DNA from: a virus
Virus record (IMG/VR): IMGVR_UViG_3300025141_000030
Reading direction: 5' to 3' (one strand)
DNA: 64,000 bases
Shown here: positions 48,181 through 57,508 of the stretch, one piece after another
Layout: each line of letters opens with the position of its first letter
Numbering within the stretch: the stretch's first letter is position 1
Notes under the pieces: generated by a model
Databases searched by the model: none
Told to the model about the DNA's origin: nothing
What the model saw: the letters and a program-made list of their open reading frames with translations, nothing else
Made by a program: the position numbers and the translations under genes

Positions 48181-51100
48181 GTGGAAATCGAAGATCCAGA
48201 AAATCCAGGACCCTATATAGTCGACGGTACCGAGGGTGACGAGGACAGGTTTGAGCCTGGGATCGATGACCTGACGGAGCCGCTACGCCAGCGCCTGGGT
48301 GACTACCTCAGCGATAATACCCTTAACGGTCACACCAACGGCTACCAGCCCACCCGCGGCAACACCTATACTATCCCCCCGGGATCTACTGAGACATCCT
48401 ACACCGAGGCCGGCAAGCCGCTCCCTATTATAACTGCCGGCGGCCGCCTCAATCCTGACCAGGCGTTCTCCCCGATGGGAACGACCCTGGACCTTGACTT
48501 CGGTGCCAGCGAGCTCTTCGACGGCGGCACTGGTGTGGGAGGCCAGACACTTGGCGATTTCCTGTCTAGGGGAGGCGTCGATCCCGACGCCGCACACAGC
48601 GGGCACACCCTACTGCCAGATGCCACAATATCCACAGGCCTACGTCGACATGGACAGGCTGAGGCACCATCACTGGCCGAGGATGTGGTCGCCCCTGTCA
48701 ATCGCCTGGTCTCCCAGGCCCTGCAGAAGAATAGGTGGAATCCCAGGGCCTCCGAGACACCATTCGATCCGGAGGGTAATCGTGCCGACGATGGCCAGTC
48801 TGAGTTGACAGGAATTATGTCCAGTGTCGCTGACACTATGCCAATTGCCGGCGTCCAGAAGGAGCTCGGCTCCTACGATCCCAACGCGCCTAGCATTAAC
48901 TTTGACCAGCTGCGACGCGTCGCCCTGTCACTGATGTTGCAGGCCACCGGCGAGTCTGGTGCCGGCACCGTTGACCCGCTCTCTTCTGACATGGCAGACA
49001 AGGGCCAGGTTCCAGGTGCCACTCAGCTCGGTATCCCCAGGACACAGGCTCAGCTCCGCGCCTCCGACGCCTTCGGCGCTCCTCGCCATGATGGTGGTGC
49101 CGATCCACTTGCCGAGCGCCCTTCGGTTCATGCCGGTTCCAAGGCGGGCGTGACTGACATGTACGGCCGGACGCCCTTCAGCTACGGTAGCTTTAATAGC
49201 TATCTTGAGAAATTTGGCGGCAATGATACGGCCACGAACGCCCTGGCGGCGACTATTATCCTGTCATTAGGTGCTGCGATGAAGCCACTGGAGATGATAA
49301 TGGTAGCGCTCCTAGAGCCTGTCACCGCCCTGGAGGCCCTGGCACGTATAATGCCCATTGGTTCCATGAAGGTGACAGGCAGAGGTCCGCTGGCTGTTCC
49401 ACCAATTATAAATCTCAACGACCTCACGGCCAGGATGGATTCCCAGGGTAAGCCTCCACTTATTTTTGGTGGCAGGTCATCTCGACGAAGTCTAATGCTG
49501 ACACCCATCGTCGCCGAGCTGCTGGGCGTCGTGGTACCAGATAACCAGTCCGGCCTGAGCGGCGCTGGCAGGTCAGGCATTGACGTCCCTCCAGATCCGA
49601 CAGGAACGAAGTATACCATGTACATTCGAACTGTTGAGTGGGGAATTGTCACCATGTTCTTTCCTACGACAGTCCTACAGTCGCCTGGCTTTTATATTAC
49701 GGTTGCACGTGAAATAATCCGAAGCACTTTGGATTTAGCTCGTTCCACCGAGCTGCTTAATGGTCAGGTCGTGTCAGAGGCAGCCGGAGCCTCCATGAAT
49801 GCTACCCTTCATGAGATGCTGACTTCTAAGCTGGCTAATTTTATTAATGTCATGACTACTATCGGCAATGCGGCGCTAAAGCACAATCCAATGTTACTTC
49901 AGCTTCCAATTTCAATTGGGTTCAATCCCGGATCCCCTATCCTACCCCCATCAGGAATAACATCCGTGCCGGGCTTCCCACCACTTAGTTACCAGAACCA
50001 GCTGCCGGCCAACTATGCCCTTGCTTCCAAGAGCGGCAAGCTAGGAGGAGCCGGCCGCGGCGCCGGCTACCGTGCCGGAAATGCGTTAACTATGCTTCTT
50101 CAGCCTGAGTCATTTAGCAATGCTTCAACAAATTCTGGACTGGCTGGCCCCGCTTTAATATCGACAGCTCAACGTATTGAGGCTGAACTTGTACAGGCAA
50201 AGGAGACATATGGGCCTTTGGGCCTCGCGACGGCGGCCCTGTCAAGCCTGACAGGCTTGCAGATTAAATCACCGGGTGGCGCGTATGACCAGCTTGTTAG
50301 CCGGGAGACTCCGTACGGCGTCGGGGATAGTAGATTTAGAAGGAAATCTAAGATAGAGGTGGAGGACAGGGAGGCTATAGAGGACGAGCTTGAGGCCGAG
50401 TACATGCCGTTTTATTTTCATGACCTTAGGACGAATGAGATCGTGTCCTTTCAGGCTTTTCTAGAATCACTGACAGACAGTTATTCTGTCCAGCATACCT
50501 CCACTGATGCCTATGGCCGAATAGATTCTATTAAGATCTATAAGTCAACATCACGAACATTGTCATTAAGCTTTACCATCGCTGCGACCAATCACCTGGA
50601 CTTTGATATTATGTACACCAAGATTAACAAGCTGGTGACACTAATATATCCGCAGTGGTCACCCGGCCGCGTGCTTCAAGACCCAAGCGACAACAAGATA
50701 ATACAGCCGTTCTCTCAAATTCCAACAGCCAGTCCTGTTATTAGGCTTCGTATCGGCGATATAGTCCGCACGAACTATAGCAAGTTCAACCTATTACGAC
50801 TGTTTGGAATGGGTACAGATAATTTTGCTATCACATCAAATGCTGTCCAGGAGGCTGCTATTAAGGCGATTAGGGACGCCATAATGGCTGCGGGGACTGA
50901 TCCGAATACTGGCGAGCCACTACCTGGGATCGAGGAACTGGCAAATCAGGCCGCAGCCGCGTTGGCTGGATCAACCACATCTGACATTACGGACGAAGCA
51001 AAGAACCCGGTGCTTAGGTCATTCCGTGCTGTCGGCGGTCGTGGCCTCGCTGGAGTTATTACATCCCTTAACTTTGACTGGCTCGGTGGAAACACATGGG

Positions 51101-51360
51101 AGGTCGCTAAGTACGGATCACGTGCGCCCAAGCTCTGCAAGGTGTCGGTGGCATTTGCACCAATGCACGATATAGCTCCTGGAATCGATGCCGATGGCAT
51201 GAATCGAGCTCCGCTGTATCCGGTCGGCGACGCCATGAGATCGGTTGCAGGCCTACTGGAGGACAAGCTCGGTCGCGAGAAGTTTATGGAGATCAAGAAG
51301 CAGGTTGATGAGGTTATCAACCAGATGGTTGACAAGACCGGAATAGTTGACTACACCTAG
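48181..51360 (+). CDS. Baseplate tube-initiator-like protein with very long N-terminal extension
   Basis: C-terminal FQAFLESLTDSY..YGR.D.IKIY..TSRTLSLSF..LIYP..PVIRLRIGD..GVITSLNFDW..WE..PKLCKVSVAF pattern, typical of tube-initiator (gp48/CIS tube-like) proteins. Confidence 0.6.
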   Translation: MEIEDPENPGPYIVDGTEGDEDRFEPGIDDLTEPLRQRLGDYLSDNTLNGHTNGYQPTRGNTYTIPPGSTETSYTEAGKPLPIITAGGRLNPDQAFSPMGTTLDLDFGASELFDGGTGVGGQTLGDFLSRGGVDPDAAHSGHTLLPDATISTGLRRHGQAEAPSLAEDVVAPVNRLVSQALQKNRWNPRASETPFDPEGNRADDGQSELTGIMSSVADTMPIAGVQKELGSYDPNAPSINFDQLRRVALSLMLQATGESGAGTVDPLSSDMADKGQVPGATQLGIPRTQAQLRASDAFGAPRHDGGADPLAERPSVHAGSKAGVTDMYGRTPFSYGSFNSYLEKFGGNDTATNALAATIILSLGAAMKPLEMIMVALLEPVTALEALARIMPIGSMKVTGRGPLAVPPIINLNDLTARMDSQGKPPLIFGGRSSRRSLMLTPIVAELLGVVVPDNQSGLSGAGRSGIDVPPDPTGTKYTMYIRTVEWGIVTMFFPTTVLQSPGFYITVAREIIRSTLDLARSTELLNGQVVSEAAGASMNATLHEMLTSKLANFINVMTTIGNAALKHNPMLLQLPISIGFNPGSPILPPSGITSVPGFPPLSYQNQLPANYALASKSGKLGGAGRGAGYRAGNALTMLLQPESFSNASTNSGLAGPALISTAQRIEAELVQAKETYGPLGLATAALSSLTGLQIKSPGGAYDQLVSRETPYGVGDSRFRRKSKIEVEDREAIEDELEAEYMPFYFHDLRTNEIVSFQAFLESLTDSYSVQHTSTDAYGRIDSIKIYKSTSRTLSLSFTIAATNHLDFDIMYTKINKLVTLIYPQWSPGRVLQDPSDNKIIQPFSQIPTASPVIRLRIGDIVRTNYSKFNLLRLFGMGTDNFAITSNAVQEAAIKAIRDAIMAAGTDPNTGEPLPGIEELANQAAAALAGSTTSDITDEAKNPVLRSFRAVGGRGLAGVITSLNFDWLGGNTWEVAKYGSRAPKLCKVSVAFAPMHDIAPGIDADGMNRAPLYPVGDAMRSVAGLLEDKLGREKFMEIKKQVDEVINQMVDKTGIVDYT

Positions 51361-51368
51361 GATTTATA

Positions 51369-51662
51369 ATGGCAGTTTCAAGATACACCAGGGACACGAT
51401 TATAAAGAACGGTTCCACCCTTCGGACGGCGACCGCTTTTCGAATGGTTAGGAATGCCGTCCGCACGGGTAAAATTAGGACCAGGACAATTACGTTACGT
51501 GGCTACGCACGACTAGATACTTTGGCCGGGCAATACTATGGAGACGGAAGATATTGGTGGGTCATCGCCGCAGCTTCTGGTATTGGTTGGGGCATGCAGA
51601 TTCCGGCAGGTACTAATATAAAGATACCCGATATCGGACAGGTCGTGAGCCTGATCACATGA
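51369..51662 (+). CDS. LysM-like baseplate wedge protein (tail X/gp53-like)
   Basis: RLDTLAGQYYGDGRYWWVIAAASG..IPAGTNIKIP. Confidence 0.8.
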   Translation: MAVSRYTRDTIIKNGSTLRTATAFRMVRNAVRTGKIRTRTITLRGYARLDTLAGQYYGDGRYWWVIAAASGIGWGMQIPAGTNIKIPDIGQVVSLIT

Positions 51663-54637
51663 CCGAATTGAAGTCTCCAAAGAGCGCGCTGAATATCGCG
51701 GCCGATGAATTGGCCGGATATTTCTTGGAGCCGCCACTTTTAAGCCCAACACAGACGGCGCAGCAGAACGTGCAGGAGACAGATGAGAACCTCCGTAATT
51801 TAATTTTTGGAAGTCCCGCAGGCGCATTTCGTGGAGCCCAGATGGTCGAGAACCTGAAGGGCGCCCAGGAGAACCCGACCACTAATTTTCCTATTATGAT
51901 ATTTTCTGGGAAGGATGAGTCTTTTAATATTCCTGACAAGTACGGTTCCGATAAGTCTATGAAGATTGATCTCGATGGCACCGCTATGGCGGGCCTTGAC
52001 GCCGTTATTGGCGAGACATTGCCGACTGGCACCACACCGTCCGATGATGGTGCTCATCTTAGTGTCATATGCTGTATGGCGCATAAGCTCGGGCCCTCGA
52101 TGAGAAATGTCAAGGCTATTGAGCTGTTCTTCAACTCCCTGCCAACCGTCCAGCTTGCCCTGTGCCAACCTTACTTAACTGTCAACATTTCCAACGATAA
52201 GAATCCAACCCCCGGGACCAATCGCGCCACAGGAACCTCTCTGTATAAGTTCCTGGAAGGTGCTAAGGATTTATCCACTGAAGACTCGACTATTAAGATG
52301 ATGGCCGGTGAGGGTGTCAAGGCCTCGGGTACTCCTGGTAACATTAGGGAGATACCTGGGCTACTTGAGTCTATTATGAGCGGAGAGGGGCCTATTTTAG
52401 GCTCTGCTGGCATGGAGATATTTACGTCACCACAGCTTTTAGTTCCCGCTGCCGATCACACGACATACAATCCGGAGCTAAGGGCTGCACCCATTATCGA
52501 TCGATTCCGTCCGTTTTTATCGCTTAATGACTTCCAGGTCAAGACAACCGGCGCCGGTTTTGGGACGATATCATACCGGACAGCCACTATGTCCTTGACA
52601 CTTCACGATCGCTCTAGGATGGGTGAGATATCGCAGCTTTTGAATCCGGGCCAGTATAAGTCAGCTAAATTTTTTATAGAGTGGGGATGGTCTCACCCGC
52701 ACGGAAATCTCGTTGATACATCACTTGGGGCCGGCGATGGATCTCCGAATGTCTATGGAAGATTTTTAAATTCACTTCGAAAGCGTGAGACGTATCGAGT
52801 CACCAACTATAAGCTCTCATTCGACGACGTAGGCCAGGTTAAAATTATACTTCAGCTACATTCCTCAGCAGCGATGGATATGACCAATATCAAGATTCCG
52901 GCTGGCCCTGGTATAACTGGTGTCGGTGGTGCCTATCAAAATTTGATGGACATTACCGAGACAATCCAGGAAGCGCTCGGCACGCTCAGTTCCCAGCCAG
53001 GTGGGTCTGAGTCGCTGGCTAATGTCAAGGGTAACAGATTTCTGGGAAGTATGCAGAGTATTACAACAATTCCTAATTTGCAGACACCTGTCGGTGATTC
53101 GGGAACGCCGCTATCGACCCAGCTCAGGCAGTTACGTGCACAGCTTATAGTACTTAAGTCAGATAGTGATGCTTCGTCCCAGGCTCGAACAGCCGCAAAG
53201 GATTTGATAGCTGCTATTAATGAGGTGTACACTAAGTCGTCAAATCCTCGAGACGGTACTACCATGGTTGATATGATGTATGGGGATATTGAAAGCTCTG
53301 TCAATAGAAAACTGGCCCTTATAGATAGCGTGAACACACGCAATGATGACCTGTCTATAGCTCGCTCTCCCGATCCATTTTTTGATATTTCTGCGAAGTG
53401 GGCTGAGGCAGTCGAGTCAGGGCTTAGTGCTGTTGACCCGCCAACTCAGAAGAAGTCAGTGGTGACATTTGGCAAGCTGATGGCAATTTTTCTGGGTGTT
53501 CCGCTGATGACAGGAGAAAGCTACAGCGATGTTCAGCTTATATTTCATAAGTTTAATGATCAGGCAGGTGCCGCTGGTATTTCAAACCGCGGACCCTCTA
53601 GGAACATATCAGAGTTCACTATAAACATTAATCAATTTAAAAGTGTCTTTACTTCATTCGTCCAGCGTCGAAGGACAGTCGATCTCACGGTGCAGGACTT
53701 TGTGCAGTTTGTGGTCTCAAATTTCGTCGACGACATGTCAAATGAGATGTACGGAGTGGAGTCATTTTACCAGTCGACCATTGATGAGACCGGCGAATAT
53801 AAGGTGGAGCGAAGGGACGACGACATCGAGGCCAGCGCTCTCGGAGATGCTAGGGGCACAAAGCTAGAGGCTATTGGCGCTTCTCCAGAGTTTAAGATGC
53901 CACAGGTGGGAGTTAATATAGAGCAGATGTCTGGCGATTCTGGAACAGAGAACGATGACCTGGTCTTGAATGAGATAGTTAAGATTCATTTTTTTGACAA
54001 GCAGTCAACTCCGCACGGCGCGTACATGAACACCTTAACAGCAGCCTACGAGCATTTTACCAAAGGCTATGTTCAGCAGCCAGGAGAGATTGCCGATCCA
54101 GTTCCAGAGGAACCATCAACGGAGGAGGAGGGTGACGCTGGCACAGACACTGCCGAGGAGGGTGGTGGTCTCGGAGCCCAGGCAACAGATATAAACACAA
54201 GCTTAATGCTTCGGGTAATTCGGGCCAACGTTCCGACCATAACCTACGGCACCTCCGCATCAGTCATCAAACGTGCTCAGCTTAGCACCATGAATGACCA
54301 GGCACTCTCCACTAACATTATGACAGGTGGCGGCCCAAACCCGAGCCCCCTGACACCTCAGGGAATGGGTGATGGCAATGTTCCAATGATGATATTCCCC
54401 ACACAGCTGTCTATGACAATTATAGGGTGCCCTATTATTGAGTATATGCAGCAGTTTTTTATAGACTTTGGAACTGGCACATCTGTCGACAACATATATC
54501 ACGCCATCAACGTGACGCACAAGATTGGTCCTGGCAACTTTGAGACCAATTTGGGCTTTGCCTTCGTGGACGCCTACGGCACCTTCCGATCTTATGTCGC
54601 TGAGCTCAAGGAGACAGAATCTTCTGACCAGTCATAA
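51659..54637 (+). CDS. Putative baseplate hub protein (gp27/late control D-like)
   Basis: 992 aa after the LysM gene. IEWGWS, VTNYKLSF and C-terminal LSMTIIGCP..QQFFID..IY....VTHKI..GNFET pattern. Confidence 0.55.
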   Translation: MTELKSPKSALNIAADELAGYFLEPPLLSPTQTAQQNVQETDENLRNLIFGSPAGAFRGAQMVENLKGAQENPTTNFPIMIFSGKDESFNIPDKYGSDKSMKIDLDGTAMAGLDAVIGETLPTGTTPSDDGAHLSVICCMAHKLGPSMRNVKAIELFFNSLPTVQLALCQPYLTVNISNDKNPTPGTNRATGTSLYKFLEGAKDLSTEDSTIKMMAGEGVKASGTPGNIREIPGLLESIMSGEGPILGSAGMEIFTSPQLLVPAADHTTYNPELRAAPIIDRFRPFLSLNDFQVKTTGAGFGTISYRTATMSLTLHDRSRMGEISQLLNPGQYKSAKFFIEWGWSHPHGNLVDTSLGAGDGSPNVYGRFLNSLRKRETYRVTNYKLSFDDVGQVKIILQLHSSAAMDMTNIKIPAGPGITGVGGAYQNLMDITETIQEALGTLSSQPGGSESLANVKGNRFLGSMQSITTIPNLQTPVGDSGTPLSTQLRQLRAQLIVLKSDSDASSQARTAAKDLIAAINEVYTKSSNPRDGTTMVDMMYGDIESSVNRKLALIDSVNTRNDDLSIARSPDPFFDISAKWAEAVESGLSAVDPPTQKKSVVTFGKLMAIFLGVPLMTGESYSDVQLIFHKFNDQAGAAGISNRGPSRNISEFTININQFKSVFTSFVQRRRTVDLTVQDFVQFVVSNFVDDMSNEMYGVESFYQSTIDETGEYKVERRDDDIEASALGDARGTKLEAIGASPEFKMPQVGVNIEQMSGDSGTENDDLVLNEIVKIHFFDKQSTPHGAYMNTLTAAYEHFTKGYVQQPGEIADPVPEEPSTEEEGDAGTDTAEEGGGLGAQATDINTSLMLRVIRANVPTITYGTSASVIKRAQLSTMNDQALSTNIMTGGGPNPSPLTPQGMGDGNVPMMIFPTQLSMTIIGCPIIEYMQQFFIDFGTGTSVDNIYHAINVTHKIGPGNFETNLGFAFVDAYGTFRSYVAELKETESSDQS

Positions 54638-54686
54638 GGATAATAGTTTTGTTTAATTGGTAGCGTTGGCGTTATAATTTACGACA

Positions 54687-55886
54687 ATGCTGTTGCACAT
54701 TTCATCCAGGTTGGTCGACGGAAAGTGTGGGATTACATTCTCATGTGATGATTCTGTGACGAGTGAGTCCACACCACCCCCTGGCGCGTGGACAGTGGGT
54801 GATCCCAGCTCCCTTCTCCGCGTCGAGGACCTAGCCGCAGTCTCCGGTTTAGAGATTGACCTCAGCCCCCCACAGCAGTTTCTTCGCGCCGCCGCGACGG
54901 TCGCGCCACTCAAGTCTGTGCCCCTAAAGTGGATGATGCCCGGCGATGTGTACCAGGACTACCTTAGGAGGCTCAGGAATGACTCCTGGGACATCCTGGA
55001 GCGCGGGATGGTGGAATACTATCATTCTTATTTCGCGACCACCAGGGACCTCCTGAGAGCCCTTGAGAGCGCGTCCATTAATTCGGTCACTCTTCAAAAT
55101 TTTATGCAGGGCAGCATTTCCCCTGGCCAGCGATCTGTCATTGCGTCATTCCGACCAGACGACACCGGATTTGCGCCGCTTGTGCGATACAACCAGGTTG
55201 GCTCTAGGACAGGTCGCCTGACTGAACGTTCGGGTCCACAGATTCTTCGCCTCAAGAGAGATTTTCGATCCATAATTCAGTCTAGGTTCGACGGCGGTCA
55301 CATAGTGCAGGTGGACTTTGTCTCCCTGGAGGCACGTATTGCCGCTGCGCTTGGGGGTATGGTTCCAGAAAGGGATATCTACACGCAGCTCTCTAGGACA
55401 GTCTTTGAGAATCGATATCCCAGGAGTGCCGTTAAGCTTGCCTGCCTCTCAGTCATCTATGGTGCCGGCCGCAAGCGCCTCGCCTCTCAATTGTCTGTCA
55501 ACCTCGAAGCCGCCGGGGATATTATTGAAAGGATCTCACGGGCTTTTGATGTTAAGAAGGTGTCGATGGAGCTGCTGAAAGACGCCGTGGAGACCGGATC
55601 GATCTCCAATCACTTCGGTCGAAAGATGCTGGCGACTGACAAGTCATCCCATATACTCTATAATAACTTTATTCAGTCGACAGGGGTAGATGTTGCAATG
55701 CACGGATTCCAGCAGATCGTCACCCGACTGAAGGGAGATAAAATCGTTCCTATTTTTATCCTACATGATGCCATAATTTTCGATGTTCATTCGAACAGCA
55801 TGGAAACACTGCGAAAGCTGGCCAACTGCCACATGCAGATAGATGGCTTTGAAGTTCCATTCTATGTTGATGTTTCTGGCTTTTAG
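54687..55886 (+). CDS. Minimal family A DNA polymerase (polymerase domain only)
   Basis: SRTGRL, motif A VDFVSLEARI, motif B RSAVKLACLSVIYG, NHFGR, NNFIQSTGVD and motif C LHDAIIFD. Only 399 aa. Confidence 0.85.
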   Translation: MLLHISSRLVDGKCGITFSCDDSVTSESTPPPGAWTVGDPSSLLRVEDLAAVSGLEIDLSPPQQFLRAAATVAPLKSVPLKWMMPGDVYQDYLRRLRNDSWDILERGMVEYYHSYFATTRDLLRALESASINSVTLQNFMQGSISPGQRSVIASFRPDDTGFAPLVRYNQVGSRTGRLTERSGPQILRLKRDFRSIIQSRFDGGHIVQVDFVSLEARIAAALGGMVPERDIYTQLSRTVFENRYPRSAVKLACLSVIYGAGRKRLASQLSVNLEAAGDIIERISRAFDVKKVSMELLKDAVETGSISNHFGRKMLATDKSSHILYNNFIQSTGVDVAMHGFQQIVTRLKGDKIVPIFILHDAIIFDVHSNSMETLRKLANCHMQIDGFEVPFYVDVSGF

Positions 55887-55924
55887 CTTGGTAATTTTAC
55901 TCCTATTACACCTATTTATAGTGC

Positions 55925-56563
55925 ATGGACAATATTAAAAAGCTATTAAGTGAGCTGATCCAGGAGACGTACCCTAGTCGCCGAGCGATGCATGTCACTC
56001 CAATCGATTATCGATCTGGTAGAGGAACTGGTGTGCCCGCCGCATCTAAATTTACCAGTGATACACCGCAGCGTACGCAGCTCGGCCGACCCCCACGTCC
56101 CACTCCCATGCATGGCCAGATCGGCGATCCATCAGTTTCAGGCACAGATTACATGGGATCAAAGATGATCCAGAACTCTGGAGACTCCTACTATATTCCC
56201 GACGAGTACTCTGACAAGCCAGTGCCAAACCTTGGAGATGAGGATGTCAGAAATCGTGAGAGGATAAGGAAGCTTATTAACGCTCTTTTTCTTGAGCCAG
56301 AGAATGCAGACGTCGACGCCATGGTTGCCGATAACAGCGCACCGAGTCCAGCGGGTCACCTATCGACCAATCAAAAGTTCATGGACAACAGCCTGGACGA
56401 GGATGAGGTCGATGAGATTTCAGCAGGTGGTGTTGCTGGCGCCACAGTTCCCGTTGGAGTAGGCCCAGAGTACCCAAAAAAGCCCCAACGAAGCAAGCAG
56501 CCCCCGTCTTGGCATTACTACATGAAGGCCGTGGGCGGATCTGTCATAGATCCTGAATTTTAG
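55925..56563 (+). CDS. Hypothetical low-complexity protein (probably late-expressed)
   Basis: 212 aa with CTATTTATA directly upstream. Contains IKKLLSELIQE and DEVDEISAGGVAG. Confidence 0.55.
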   Translation: MDNIKKLLSELIQETYPSRRAMHVTPIDYRSGRGTGVPAASKFTSDTPQRTQLGRPPRPTPMHGQIGDPSVSGTDYMGSKMIQNSGDSYYIPDEYSDKPVPNLGDEDVRNRERIRKLINALFLEPENADVDAMVADNSAPSPAGHLSTNQKFMDNSLDEDEVDEISAGGVAGATVPVGVGPEYPKKPQRSKQPPSWHYYMKAVGGSVIDPEF

Positions 56564-56593
56564 CTTGTACACACGCAGATAAAAGAGTATTTT
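56564..56593 (+). promoter_or_regulatory. Candidate early/middle promoter CTTGTACACA...TATTTT before SSB
   Basis: Same 10-mer as at 15145. TGTACA-N16-TATTTT. Confidence 0.4.
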
Positions 56594-56670
56594 ATAAGTG
56601 TGAATATAAAACACCGGAAAACAGCCGGAATATTCCGATTTGTCACTGAACAACACTGAAGGAGAAAAAG

Positions 56671-57495
56671 ATGGCAATTGATTTCGATGCAATTAGGCGC
56701 AAGGTCGCCGAGCTCTCAGGAGAGGGCTCACGAGGAACTTCCAACTTCTGGAAGCCGGATGTGGGAACGCACACTGTGCGCCTGCTTCCTTTTAACGATA
56801 ATGACGGTCAGCCGTTCAAGGAGCGATACTACCACTACGGCCTCGGAGCCCGTGGATTTATTTCTCTCCGGCACCTGGGCAAGAATGATCCGATCCAGGA
56901 ACTCCAGGGGAAGCTCTATGATGAGGGTTCCCCAGGATCCCGTGAGCTGGCCAAGAAGCTCTATCCCAAGATGCGAGCTTACTGCCCAGTCGTAGTCCGT
57001 GATAATGAGGGTGCTGGTGTCCAGCTTTGGTCATTTAGCAAGATGATTTATCAGCAGCTGCTGAATATTATGCTTGATCCAGATTATGGTGATATTACCG
57101 ATCCGAGCGAGGGGCGTGACATTAAGGTCACGGTCATCAAGAAGGATGGGTTTAAGTATCCTATGGTTGACTCTGTCATGCCACGAGGGAAGGCTTCTAA
57201 CCTTAATGATGATACCGCCGCAACTAAGCAGTGGCTGGATTCAGTTCCTAACCTAGATGATATTCTCAAGAATGACCTTAAGACATATGAGGAGGTCGAG
57301 AAGATTGTCAATGATTGGGTAAATGGTGGTGCCCCTACTGACTCTATGGGAACCACACGGTTCGGCACTACGACCACGACCACTGTTGCTGGTACAGGAG
57401 GCACGACTACTAGCGAGTCGACATCCACTGCTGCCGCCACGGAGGGTGCTGGGTATACCGACCTTGATGCTGCGTTTGAAGATCTGCTCAGCTAA
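56671..57495 (+). CDS. Single-stranded DNA-binding protein (T4 gp32-like)
   Basis: FWKP..G...VRLLP, PF..RYYHY, PVVVR, LWSF and DYGDITDP.EGRD motifs, acidic C-terminus DLDAAFEDLLS. AAGGAG RBS. Confidence 0.85.
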   Translation: MAIDFDAIRRKVAELSGEGSRGTSNFWKPDVGTHTVRLLPFNDNDGQPFKERYYHYGLGARGFISLRHLGKNDPIQELQGKLYDEGSPGSRELAKKLYPKMRAYCPVVVRDNEGAGVQLWSFSKMIYQQLLNIMLDPDYGDITDPSEGRDIKVTVIKKDGFKYPMVDSVMPRGKASNLNDDTAATKQWLDSVPNLDDILKNDLKTYEEVEKIVNDWVNGGAPTDSMGTTRFGTTTTTTVAGTGGTTTSESTSTAAATEGAGYTDLDAAFEDLLS

Positions 57496-57508
57496 TTCGG
57501 AGGTATAA

